A stretch of 64,000 bases of DNA from a virus. Of the stretch, positions 1 through 9,219 are shown piece by piece (positions within the stretch are counted from its first letter, which is position 1; each line of letters begins with the position of its first letter). The stretch is taken from positions 12,757-76,756 of the IMG/VR virus record IMGVR_UViG_3300041405_000060; one strand, given 5' to 3'. Position numbers and translations under genes: made by a program. Below the pieces are notes generated by a model. It ran no database searches. It saw only the letters and a list, made by a program, of their open reading frames with translations, and had not been told where the DNA came from.

Positions 1-2520
1 GGTCCTAAAGGTGAAGACGGTACCGATGGTATTAACGGCACGAATGGTACTGATGGCAACATCGGTCCTGACGGTAAGTCGGCTTACGAAGTGGCAGTTG
101 CTGCTGGTTTCGTGGGTACAGAAGTTCAATGGCTGGCTTCTCTGAAAGGAGATACTGGTGAGAAAGGTGATCCTGCCCTGGCATTCGAAATCAAAGGTCG
201 TCTGACTGATGTATCGGAACTCCCACGCCCAGGTAACCCAGTTGAAGCTTACTACGTTAATCGTGACCTCTACATCTGGATCGTTGATGAAACCACTCCA
301 GCTAACTCTGACTACGTAAACTTCGGTTCTCTGAATGGTGCTTCGGCATACGAGACTGCTGTTGAACTAGGTTTTGTTGGTACTGAGGCACAATGGATCG
401 CATCTTTGCATGGGACCGATGGTACTAACGGTACCGACGGGGTTGATGGTAAGGATGGTCGTAATCTGCAAGTCAATGGTAGCCAAGCTAACCTGGCTGC
501 AATTCAGGCTCTTCCAGATCCAGTTGACCAAGATGCATGGGTAGCACTCGATACGGGTCACCTGCACATCTACGTTACCGATGCTTACATCGATGCTGGT
601 CCTTTCCGTGGCGCGGATGGTACTAATGGTAAGTCCGCTTATCAGGTAGCAGTTGATGCTGGCTTCGTAGGTAACGAAGCTGCGTGGTTGGCATCCCTCA
701 AGGGTACAGATGGGGTTGATGGTACAAACGGCACCGAGGGTAAATCGGCTTATCAAACTTACTTGGAACTCCCAGGTAACGCAGGTAAGACTGAGGCTGA
801 ATTCATCGCTTCGCTGAAAGGCGCAGATGGTCAAGACGGCACCAACGGGACGAATGGTACTGATGGCCGTAACGTCACCGTACTTGGTTCTAAGGCAGAT
901 CTTGCTGCTATCCAAGCTCTCCCAACTCCTGCACAACAGGATGCGTGGACTTCCCTTGCTGATAGCCACCTGTACATGTACATCGGTACAGCTTGGGTTG
1001 ACCTCGGTCAGTTCAAAGGTGACAAGGGTGATGTTGGTGGTGTAGGTCCTGATGGTAAGCAAGGTGTTAGTATTAACATCAAAGGTGAAGTAGCTCTGCT
1101 TGCAGATCTGCCAGTACCTGGTACGCTGGAAGAAGGCGATGCTTACTATGTTCAGGAAGACGGTAAACTTTACCAAGTGAATGATGCTGGTGTTTATAAC
1201 CCAGGTATCTACATTCGTGGTGAGCAAGGTGAAGACGGTATTCAAGGTATTGAAGGTCCGGCTGGTAAGTCGATCTCGATCCTAGGTTCCTACGCTACTG
1301 AAGCTGCTCTGATCGCCGCCCATCCTACTGGTAACCCAGGTGATGGCTACTTGGTCGGTTCTGATCTCTATCTGTACGGCGTCAACCCTGTTGGTGGTGC
1401 TACAGAGTGGTTCAATGCTGGTCCTGTACGTGGCCCTGTTGGTCCAGAAGGTCCTATCGGTAAAACTGGTCTGAAAGGTAACACCGGTAATACTGGTGAG
1501 CGTGGTTCTCTGTGGCTGGTTCTGCCTAACGGCGTATCCGAACCTACTCCAGACTACGGTCGTGCTGGTGATTGGGCTGTTAACAACACATTCGATACGT
1601 TCTACAAAGATCCGTCGAGTGGTTGGTTGCAGATGGGTCGTCTGGTTGCTGGTGATGTAAACTCACCTCTGCCTAACCTCGGTAAAGTTGTACGTCTGGG
1701 TAATACTTGGGTACCGCTGCCAGTTGATGAAGTTCCGTCCCTCGAAAGCGGGAAGGTATACGGTCGTCAACTGAAAGCCGGTGAAACTACGATTGGTGAA
1801 TGGGTAGAGATTCAGTTCCCTGTTACAATCGCCGAACCAACTGATGATAACAAAGTCTACGGACGTCGTCGTGCAGTTGGTCAACCTGTTGGTACTTGGG
1901 TTGAGATCGTAATCCCATCGACTATCGCTGACCTGTCTACTAAGGACAACAAGAACTACGTTCGTGTATACGAAACGGCAGATTCTGCTCCTAAGTGGAA
2001 AGAATTGGTGATCCCTGCTTCGGGTATCAGTGAAGCTCCGACCACCGCTGGTAAAACCTACCTGCGTTCTGGTCAGAATGCTAACTGGGTCGAATACACC
2101 GGTATCAGTGCACCAGCCGATGCGAAGAAGTATCTGCGTACTGCTACTGACTGGGTTGCTTTCGATAGCTACGACGTAGCCTCGGTTGCTGTTTCGGCAG
2201 CTACTGCTACACAAGTGTTCAATGCCGCTACAACTCAGTTGCTGGACATCACGAACACTGCAGGTGCTGTCGCTAAGACAATCAACTTCACTAACCTGCC
2301 TGCTGCTAACCGCACTACTACCTTGGTTCTCTTGGTACGTGGTTCGACTGCAGCAATCAGCTTCCAAATCAACGGTGTGGCTGTAACGGCTGCAAACTTG
2401 ATCTGGAACGGTGGTGTTGCTCCGACCTATCAGGCTGGTATTAACGTCGTAACCTTCTTGGTTGTCGGTGGTGCTTCTCCAGTACTGATCGGTGCCGTAG
2501 GTGCTCAGACTGCTGCGTAA
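1..2520 (+). CDS. Tail fibre protein with collagen-like (Gly-X-Y) repeats, 5'-truncated by the window
   Basis: The frame is open from base 1 (GPKGEDGTDG...). It contains Gly-X-Y runs, repeated GKSAY(E/Q)xAVxxGFVGxExxWLASLKG modules and a C-terminal beta-rich tip, and is followed by a chaperone-like gene. Confidence 0.85.
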   Translation, partial: GPKGEDGTDGINGTNGTDGNIGPDGKSAYEVAVAAGFVGTEVQWLASLKGDTGEKGDPALAFEIKGRLTDVSELPRPGNPVEAYYVNRDLYIWIVDETTPANSDYVNFGSLNGASAYETAVELGFVGTEAQWIASLHGTDGTNGTDGVDGKDGRNLQVNGSQANLAAIQALPDPVDQDAWVALDTGHLHIYVTDAYIDAGPFRGADGTNGKSAYQVAVDAGFVGNEAAWLASLKGTDGVDGTNGTEGKSAYQTYLELPGNAGKTEAEFIASLKGADGQDGTNGTNGTDGRNVTVLGSKADLAAIQALPTPAQQDAWTSLADSHLYMYIGTAWVDLGQFKGDKGDVGGVGPDGKQGVSINIKGEVALLADLPVPGTLEEGDAYYVQEDGKLYQVNDAGVYNPGIYIRGEQGEDGIQGIEGPAGKSISILGSYATEAALIAAHPTGNPGDGYLVGSDLYLYGVNPVGGATEWFNAGPVRGPVGPEGPIGKTGLKGNTGNTGERGSLWLVLPNGVSEPTPDYGRAGDWAVNNTFDTFYKDPSSGWLQMGRLVAGDVNSPLPNLGKVVRLGNTWVPLPVDEVPSLESGKVYGRQLKAGETTIGEWVEIQFPVTIAEPTDDNKVYGRRRAVGQPVGTWVEIVIPSTIADLSTKDNKNYVRVYETADSAPKWKELVIPASGISEAPTTAGKTYLRSGQNANWVEYTGISAPADAKKYLRTATDWVAFDSYDVASVAVSAATATQVFNAATTQLLDITNTAGAVAKTINFTNLPAANRTTTLVLLVRGSTAAISFQINGVAVTAANLIWNGGVAPTYQAGINVVTFLVVGGASPVLIGAVGAQTAA

Positions 2521-2524
2521 CCTT

Positions 2525-2557
2525 ACATAATGGCTCTCCTCAGGGAGAGCCCTATGT
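2525..2557 (+). terminator. Intergenic hairpin (CATA...TATG family)
   Basis: ACATAAT-GGCTCTCC-TCAG-GGAGAGCC-CTATGT just after the fibre stop codon; no U-tract. Confidence 0.65.
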
Positions 2558-2593
2558 TGATTGTATGAACCATCTACACCCAAAGGAATTCAC

Positions 2594-3265
2594 ATGACTA
2601 CTGTCAACCGTACTACCCGACTGATCTGCTCCGACACTGGTGAATACCCACTGTATTTGTCTGATCTGTCTACTCGTGTCACTGGCACGATTTTTCCATC
2701 TGTTATCGACTCTGACGACCTGTTTGATTTTGGTTATGAAGTTGTTCTGGACGTATCTGTTCCACAAGCAGATATTGTTATTGAAGGCAAACCAGAACTG
2801 CGTGACGGTAATTGGTATCGCACCTATGATGCACGTAGTTACAGCGAAGCCGAAGTAATGGCTAATCTGGCAACTGCTAAGGCCGGACTGTTAGCACAAA
2901 TCGAATCGTTCCGTATTGCACAGTTCGATAAGGGGTTTCCTTACGATTTTGGTGGCAACACTTACCACGTTCAAATCCGTACCACCGATCGACAGAATAT
3001 CAGTTCTATTCGTGTAATTGCCAAAGAAGCAATTGAAGCTGGTAAAGAACTCCCTGTCGCTTTCCGTGTGTATGAAAACGTTACCGTTAACCTAACAGCG
3101 GAAGAGTTTGTTACTCTGGCTGATACCACCTTCCTACGTGTTACGGAAGGTTATCAAGTTGCTTGGGTACTGAAAGATCAAATCGCACAAGCAACCACAC
3201 TTGCAGAACTTCCAACTATCCCTGAAGAAATGTTCAGTTCGGTAGAAAGCTTCCGTCAAGCATAA
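2594..3265 (+). CDS. Tail fibre assembly chaperone-like protein (DUF4376-like C-terminus)
   Basis: ATG at 2594 follows AAGGA. The C-terminus (HVQIRTTDRQNI...ENVTVNLTAEEF...LKDQIAQATTLAEL) resembles DUF4376/Tfa chaperones, and the gene lies directly after the fibre. Confidence 0.65.
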   Translation: MTTVNRTTRLICSDTGEYPLYLSDLSTRVTGTIFPSVIDSDDLFDFGYEVVLDVSVPQADIVIEGKPELRDGNWYRTYDARSYSEAEVMANLATAKAGLLAQIESFRIAQFDKGFPYDFGGNTYHVQIRTTDRQNISSIRVIAKEAIEAGKELPVAFRVYENVTVNLTAEEFVTLADTTFLRVTEGYQVAWVLKDQIAQATTLAELPTIPEEMFSSVESFRQA

Positions 3266-3268
3266 ACA

Positions 3269-3309
3269 GCATAATGGCTACCCTTCGGGGTAGCCCTATG
3301 TTTATTTTA
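3269..3309 (+). terminator. Hairpin terminator, UUCG loop
   Basis: GCATAAT-GGCTACCC-TTCG-GGGTAGCC-CTATGTTTATTTT. Confidence 0.8.
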
Positions 3310-3337
3310 TGTATTTCATTCAACCGGAGAAAAAACT

Positions 3338-4330
3338 ATGTTTGAGATCCTAATAGCGTCAGGAGTTAACAAAGGACAAACTTATTTTCCTGACTCTGGC
3401 CCTGGAAATAAAAGTCTAAGAAAGGGCAACAGTGAGATTGGTTACTTTGGTACTTTGTCGTCTACTGAACTATTTGCTGGTTGGGAACTTTCCACAGCTC
3501 TAGGATTCACTGCCGGTACAGTTAACAGAGAAGTAGATAATACATGGATGAAGTTTATCTACAAAGGCAAGTATCTTTTTGTTTGTAAAGAGATCACCCG
3601 AAATAATCTCAGTTGGAATGACATTTATAAAGCCGGTGCCATGTATGGCGTTAAAGGTAATGGACCTTACCCAGTGGCTGGTTCTTCTAAAGAACAATTC
3701 AACATCATGGTCAAGGAAGAAGCTGGCGTATCATTACCATGGAAGTTAGTTATCCGATCATTGAAAGGTGCTAACGTTGATCCTTACGCTGGTGTCGATT
3801 ATACCGCATTCGGTTTAGCTGAAGGTAACGAATATAACGACTTGATCTACCGTCTGTTGGCTGTAGGTACTAACAGTCGACCTAACACGGGTGTGTTTGA
3901 AACATGGCCTGGTGCTGACCTCGGTACCGGCACAGGACAGAACACAATCCTGCAAGAGACCTCCTCAGCTAACGTAGCTAACGCAATGGCTCGCGGTAAT
4001 ACTGGCTCTACAGGTGGCATTACAAAAGCAACCGTTCGCGTAGCAGCAGATGGTTGGCGTCCAGTATTGGAATTGATTCCAGATGGCACTGTTGTCTTTG
4101 GTCCATATCGACCGTATATGGAATACACCGGTAATGCTGGCCCTCTAAGTGTCAGTGGTTCTTTTGTAGACGTTGTTTATAATCCACAGGTGCTTCAAGT
4201 TGATGACGGTGGCGCTGCCAAGATTCCTTACGTTACTTCAATTACTTTTGTAGATGTGGCTCAGACACCTCAAGACGTTACCATTGCTAACACTCTTACT
4301 TCCGTATCAATGACCTTCACAAGAACTTAA
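3338..4330 (+). CDS. Putative virion structural protein, GPG...GYFG...WRPVLEL paralogue 1
   Basis: RBS GGAG. Shares the GPG-x-L-x-G-x4-GYFG, W.KF..KGK, IY..G.MYG and WRPVLEL motifs with the next three ORFs. Confidence 0.7.
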   Translation: MFEILIASGVNKGQTYFPDSGPGNKSLRKGNSEIGYFGTLSSTELFAGWELSTALGFTAGTVNREVDNTWMKFIYKGKYLFVCKEITRNNLSWNDIYKAGAMYGVKGNGPYPVAGSSKEQFNIMVKEEAGVSLPWKLVIRSLKGANVDPYAGVDYTAFGLAEGNEYNDLIYRLLAVGTNSRPNTGVFETWPGADLGTGTGQNTILQETSSANVANAMARGNTGSTGGITKATVRVAADGWRPVLELIPDGTVVFGPYRPYMEYTGNAGPLSVSGSFVDVVYNPQVLQVDDGGAAKIPYVTSITFVDVAQTPQDVTIANTLTSVSMTFTRT

Positions 4331-4338
4331 GGTGATAT

Positions 4339-5277
4339 ATGAACTTAAAATTACTCTGGACAGATATTAACACTGTCAACGTCACTCTTAAAATTTATCG
4401 TAGTGACACTCCAATTGACACGGCGAACTTGCCTGCTCCAGTAGCAACAATCACTGACGGTAGCACAACTTGGACAGATCCAAACGCTGTTCGCGGTAAG
4501 TATTATTACTACGTGTTTGAAACCACTAGCGCAAACGATCGTGCAGTGTCGACAAACTACCGTGTTCAAGCCGTACCCCGGTTAGGTCCTGGACCATCAG
4601 AATTGAAATATGGTGATTACAGTTACGGTTACTTTGGTACGGTATTGTCCAGCGACTTCATCAACACAGCTAACTTACGGGCAGCTGTTGGTTTTAACGT
4701 TGGCACCCCACAGAATGCTGCACCTTTGTGGCACAAGTATGTTCGTAATGGTACGGTCTTCTTTGTTCCTAACTCATGCTTGACCTCGTCTGTACAATGG
4801 ACACAGATTTATTCTGCCGGACTCATGTTCGGTGTCACTGGTCCAGGTAACCATCGTAATGGTGCTACTGCTGTTGACCAACGCAAAACTGTTAAGATCG
4901 GCCCAGACACATTCATTGTTCGTTGTATGAAAGGGTATAGTGACGACGTTACTCGGGTAGTACCATCGCAGGGCAGCGAACTTACAGAATTCACAAATGA
5001 GTGGAATGATTTTGTTCTACCTATCTGCAAGTATGTACCGGATGGGCAACGCCTGGTAAACATCGCGGTTCAGACGGTCCAAGAAACATTACCTGGTCCA
5101 TGGAACGGCTATACAGGCGCGGCAGTCCAAGAAGTTTATACTACAGCGGGTACACCGGTAGTACGTCGCGGAGCTGCTTCTGAGAACCGTGCAGGTATTT
5201 CAACACGGGTGGCAAACACTGACGCTTATTTGTGTTCTTGGTATCCAGTTCTGGAATTAGTAGCTCCGGCTATTTAA
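4339..5277 (+). CDS. Putative virion structural protein, paralogue 2 (N-terminal Ig/FN3-like domain)
   Basis: LKLLWTD...IYRS...WTD...YYYV N-domain, then GPGP..GYFG and WYPVLEL. Confidence 0.7.
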   Translation: MNLKLLWTDINTVNVTLKIYRSDTPIDTANLPAPVATITDGSTTWTDPNAVRGKYYYYVFETTSANDRAVSTNYRVQAVPRLGPGPSELKYGDYSYGYFGTVLSSDFINTANLRAAVGFNVGTPQNAAPLWHKYVRNGTVFFVPNSCLTSSVQWTQIYSAGLMFGVTGPGNHRNGATAVDQRKTVKIGPDTFIVRCMKGYSDDVTRVVPSQGSELTEFTNEWNDFVLPICKYVPDGQRLVNIAVQTVQETLPGPWNGYTGAAVQEVYTTAGTPVVRRGAASENRAGISTRVANTDAYLCSWYPVLELVAPAI

Positions 5278-5287
5278 GTGAGGTTGT

Positions 5288-6247
5288 ATGGCAATCACCA
5301 TTAATTGGCCAGCCTCTAACGTAGGTGTGGCCACAGCTGTTCGCATCTACGCATCCACTTCAAGGATAGCTGATGATGCATTGGGTTCACCTATTGCAAC
5401 ATTAGCTGGAACAGCAACTTCGTTTGTGTGGAACCCGCCAACTGACAATACCGTCTATTACTTTCGGATTGCCATTGATCGAGGGGACGATACCTTTCTG
5501 GGTATCAATCAGATTTATGGATACTTTGCAACAACTGGGCCAGGTCCACAACAGTTAATACGTGGCACATGGGAAGCGGGTTACTTTGGGCGTGTGGCAG
5601 CCGCAGACATCGCTGTACAATCTACATTGCTAACAGCACTTGGATTTTCCGGTGGTGGTGGACCAAACACAGATACAACTGTAAGCCACTATTACAAGTT
5701 TGCCTTGAACGGAAAAATCATTTTTGTTCCATGTGGGTCTATTCGTTGGTCTATTACATGGGATCAAATCTATGCGTTAGGGCTGATGTATGGAGTAGAT
5801 GGAACTGGTTTGGATCTTCATCCAACACCGTCCAACTTAGTAGGGGTTAACCAGAAGAAAATTGTAACGCTTAATGGTAATAATTTCCTAGTCCGTACTT
5901 TCAAAGGGACTAACCGTCCAACCAATGTATTATTGGCTGATTGGAATACACCTACAGCATGGATTGAAGGTTCTGAATGGGATCTCACTATGGGTCGAAT
6001 CAATACTAACGGTACCTTGGCTTATAATACCAGTTCACTGTGGGATGATAACCTTGCTCAGCTAACTGCACCAACCGCAGTTGCTCCGACCAACCAAGGG
6101 ACTATCACACAACACATTACTGGGACAGTCATTAACAACCGCATTTCCCTAGTACGTGGTCCAGTAGGTATTATTGATGGAGCAATTCAAGGAACTCCCC
6201 AAGGACAGCTTACTACTTGGACGCCCATGTTGGAACTACAATTTTGA
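5288..6247 (+). CDS. Putative virion structural protein, paralogue 3
   Basis: Same architecture; ends WTPMLELQF; RBS GAGG. Confidence 0.7.
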   Translation: MAITINWPASNVGVATAVRIYASTSRIADDALGSPIATLAGTATSFVWNPPTDNTVYYFRIAIDRGDDTFLGINQIYGYFATTGPGPQQLIRGTWEAGYFGRVAAADIAVQSTLLTALGFSGGGGPNTDTTVSHYYKFALNGKIIFVPCGSIRWSITWDQIYALGLMYGVDGTGLDLHPTPSNLVGVNQKKIVTLNGNNFLVRTFKGTNRPTNVLLADWNTPTAWIEGSEWDLTMGRINTNGTLAYNTSSLWDDNLAQLTAPTAVAPTNQGTITQHITGTVINNRISLVRGPVGIIDGAIQGTPQGQLTTWTPMLELQF

Positions 6248-6257
6248 GGAATAACCA

Positions 6258-7199
6258 ATGCCAATCAAATTAGATTGGATCGATCATAACGTGGGAGCTG
6301 AAAGCCGAAAGGTTTATCGCTCCCTAACAAAGATCGACCAGGGTAACTTAGGTACACCCTTAGCAACATTACCAGGAACAGCATTAACTTACACGGATAC
6401 AACCGTTCAACGAGGTGTAACCTATCATTACGTTGTTACCAGTGTGGTAGGTGCAGACGAAGCCCCATCTGCAGAGTACATCATTGCTTATATTCCATAT
6501 ACTGGTCCTGGTCCACAAACGTTAATTCGTGGCACTTGGGATTATGGTTACTTTGGGCGTGTTCCATTAGAAGACATTTTCTCGGCTGGCGAATTATGTA
6601 ACATGTGCGGGATTACAGCTGCAACAGGTACACCAGATTTGTCAGCAGTTAACTATTGGCATAAAATCGTCTATAAAGGGAAGATTCTTTTCTATCCTAA
6701 TGCCCGCATTGCATCTTCAGTAACGCCAGCAACACTGTATCAGTTAGGTTGGTTGTATGGCGCCCGTCCTTCGTCAGAATGGCCCGCAGCAATTAAAACA
6801 CAATACGGGATCATCGACCAGTCCAAAATGCTTAATTCCGGTATCCATAAGTTTTATGTTCGCGCCCCGACTTCGCGCAGTAATATGTTATCAACTAGTA
6901 CAGCTGTTGCTGATTTGCGCGGCGGTGAGATTGATGCCGTCTTCGCCGGGGTATATTTGAACCGTGATTTTAACGTGGATAATATTCCAGCAATGGATGA
7001 CTCTGTAGCTGTAATTAGTACGGGACAGTACATCATTACGGCAGATTACTACTCTGGGACAGGAGCAGCGATTAACAGTGTTTATCGTGGTTGTTCGTCT
7101 ACAGCAGCAGGTAATATTGATCAATTGCAACCAGCATATGGATTTAACTCCCCATCGGCTTCAGTTGTTTGGCGACCCGTGTTAGAACTCGTTACATAA
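6258..7199 (+). CDS. Putative virion structural protein, paralogue 4
   Basis: Same architecture; ends WRPVLELVT; RBS GAGGA. Confidence 0.7.
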   Translation: MPIKLDWIDHNVGAESRKVYRSLTKIDQGNLGTPLATLPGTALTYTDTTVQRGVTYHYVVTSVVGADEAPSAEYIIAYIPYTGPGPQTLIRGTWDYGYFGRVPLEDIFSAGELCNMCGITAATGTPDLSAVNYWHKIVYKGKILFYPNARIASSVTPATLYQLGWLYGARPSSEWPAAIKTQYGIIDQSKMLNSGIHKFYVRAPTSRSNMLSTSTAVADLRGGEIDAVFAGVYLNRDFNVDNIPAMDDSVAVISTGQYIITADYYSGTGAAINSVYRGCSSTAAGNIDQLQPAYGFNSPSASVVWRPVLELVT

Positions 7200-7200
7200 C

Positions 7201-7238
7201 GGCATAAAGCCTAGCCTTAGGGGCTAGGCTTTTATGTT
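7201..7238. terminator. Bidirectional hairpin between convergent genes
   Basis: GGCATAA-AGCCTAGCC-TTAGG-GGCTAGGCT-TTTATGTT; overlaps the stop codon of the minus-strand gene. Confidence 0.75.
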
Positions 7239-8045
7239 GCCTCGAAGCAACGCTTGGAAGTCTTCATCAATCGCACCGATTGGTGTGGCTTCTGTATCTG
7301 CTGCATCGTCTACCGGAGCTGCTAAGGAGCTCTTGATATTGATCAAACTAAAGTAACGAGCGTCAATGTAGTTAATGTCCATGTTGTGTTGAGTAACCAA
7401 ACGGAAACGGAAGAAGTCGTGTTTCTTTTCTTCTAATGACAGTTCCGAAGGATCACGATCAAACAACTTAGGATGGATCACGTTGAAGTCCGACATCAGT
7501 GAACTTACAATAGCGACATGGTGATAACGAAACCAGTCTGCAAATTCATAGATAATCATCCCACCGAATTCATCGGCTAGGGTAGCTACAGTCAACTCGG
7601 GAATTGTATAGTCAACTAACTTAACGTTTAGTTCAGTACCATACTTGGCTTGGATGATATCGACCAAGGTGGCACGTTCAGCAGGTGTCATCACGTAAGG
7701 TGATACGTTAATGGCAAAACCTACTTCTTGTGAATTACGGGTCATCCCATCCATGGCATTAATATCAGCCTCAGCTAATAGCTGATAAAGGAATGGAGCC
7801 ATACCTGTTTCGAAACTAGCATTCAATGTAGCGGCACTATTCTCACCACCACGGTTCTTGTAAGCTTCTTTAAACTCTTCGTTATCGATCAACCCACCTG
7901 TGAGTTTAGACCAGTCATCGAAGTCACGTTCCCAGTAGTCAGGGTTCTTTACCAAGGCTTTTGCTGCAGCTGGATTCATGTTAGAGATAACCCCTAACCG
8001 AGTATCCAACAACACATCAAGACTGATTAGGATTCTCCGGATCAT
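7224..8045 (-). CDS. Phage hypothetical protein (possible degenerate HAD-like N-terminus)
   Basis: 273-aa ORF, ATGA-coupled to the upstream gene; begins ILISLDVLLDTR. Confidence 0.7.
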   Translation of the reverse strand: MIRRILISLDVLLDTRLGVISNMNPAAAKALVKNPDYWERDFDDWSKLTGGLIDNEEFKEAYKNRGGENSAATLNASFETGMAPFLYQLLAEADINAMDGMTRNSQEVGFAINVSPYVMTPAERATLVDIIQAKYGTELNVKLVDYTIPELTVATLADEFGGMIIYEFADWFRYHHVAIVSSLMSDFNVIHPKLFDRDPSELSLEEKKHDFFRFRLVTQHNMDINYIDARYFSLINIKSSLAAPVDDAADTEATPIGAIDEDFQALLRGNIKA

Positions 8046-8524
8046 TTAGTAGATCCTTTGATTCCAGCCTTAGCTAGAGTGGCCACAGTATCGCGCTCAT
8101 GCGTCGATGCAACCAAAAGCATAAAGAGCCATGGGTTTTCTTTCAGAATAGCTGCTAGGGTACCTGTAGGAGCTCTGCGCTGCAGTGTGGTGTGGTCAAT
8201 AACCCCGGAATCATCTGTATACATCTCTATCCGTTGGCAGAAGTAATGTACGCAGTCTGTGGGCAATTCCAGATCCAGCATAAAGGCAGATGTCGCTGAC
8301 ATCAGTAGAATATAGAATTCAGGGATATTACGGATATCGTCATAGACTCGACGAATGTACGATTCATTCTTACCTTCACGAAGAAGCTGATGAATCCGAA
8401 TATTGGCAATCACTTGGATTAGGTTAGAGAGCAATGACTTTTCCCCTACTGGGTTCAAAGCCAAGAACTCTTCTAACCCTTCCACCCACGCATGGCGGAT
8501 GGAATCGATTAGACGTGTGGTCAT
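8042..8524 (-). CDS. Hypothetical protein
   Basis: 160-aa ORF with 4-bp overlaps to both neighbours (translational coupling). Confidence 0.7.
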   Translation of the reverse strand: MTTRLIDSIRHAWVEGLEEFLALNPVGEKSLLSNLIQVIANIRIHQLLREGKNESYIRRVYDDIRNIPEFYILLMSATSAFMLDLELPTDCVHYFCQRIEMYTDDSGVIDHTTLQRRAPTGTLAAILKENPWLFMLLVASTHERDTVATLAKAGIKGSTK

Positions 8525-9189
8525 GTAAGGTTATTCCTTAACATCATTGACGATAGGTATACCGACAACGTTTTGTTCGATTTGACGATACTTGGAGTTT
8601 CCGCCATGATCGAGTTGAGAGAAGCTTCACCCGTCTCCATGATCTGACGGTTCATTTGGTTGTAAGCTTCAGCGTCACCACCACGGAACTTAACCAGTTC
8701 CAATACAGCTGTGTTCAAACCTTTCGAAACGTTTACTTGAATCTCTGGGCCTGATAGACGTGAGCCTTTAGAGTCACCCGAAGCTTGACCTGAACGCTCA
8801 TCCACTACGTGAGAAGAACCTGGGATCGAACGCTTCTTAGCGAGCATCTGTACTTGACGACGTAAAGGCAACATGCCGATCAAGTGTTTGTTTGGCGTTA
8901 GGTAAACTTGACCGGTGGATTGGTCAGTCAGTTTGAGTTGTTGGAACAGTTCGAAACCCAACGCATCTGCGACTTTGTAGTTTCGTTCAATGCTCAGTGT
9001 AACATCAGCTAAGTTAGGGGCGTAGAGAGTAACGTACTCTTTACCACTTTCTAAGTTATCAATCCACTGGGCAAATTCTGCATCTGACATTCGCTTGAAC
9101 ATATCGGCCAGGAGCTGCTTGTTAGGGCTACCTGGCAAGAACATGTCAATGAAATACAGTGCATCCTTTTCGGCTGCTTTGCGTGACAT
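8521..9189 (-). CDS. rpoB: Virion RNA polymerase beta subunit, C-terminal piece (phiKZ gp149-like)
   Basis: RRQVQMLAKK...DERSGQASGDSKGSRLSGPEIQV parallels the RpoB C-terminal [20 protein letters not shown] motif; RBS GGAG; synteny with uvsX and RNase H. Confidence 0.8.
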   Translation of the reverse strand: MSRKAAEKDALYFIDMFLPGSPNKQLLADMFKRMSDAEFAQWIDNLESGKEYVTLYAPNLADVTLSIERNYKVADALGFELFQQLKLTDQSTGQVYLTPNKHLIGMLPLRRQVQMLAKKRSIPGSSHVVDERSGQASGDSKGSRLSGPEIQVNVSKGLNTAVLELVKFRGGDAEAYNQMNRQIMETGEASLNSIMAETPSIVKSNKTLSVYLSSMMLRNNLT

Positions 9190-9219
9190 CGTATTTCTCC
9201 AATAATGAATACTATACGA

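Noticed and set aside
3338-7199. Diversity-generating retroelement
   Set aside because: No reverse transcriptase and no near-identical repeat pair differing only at adenines was seen in the window.
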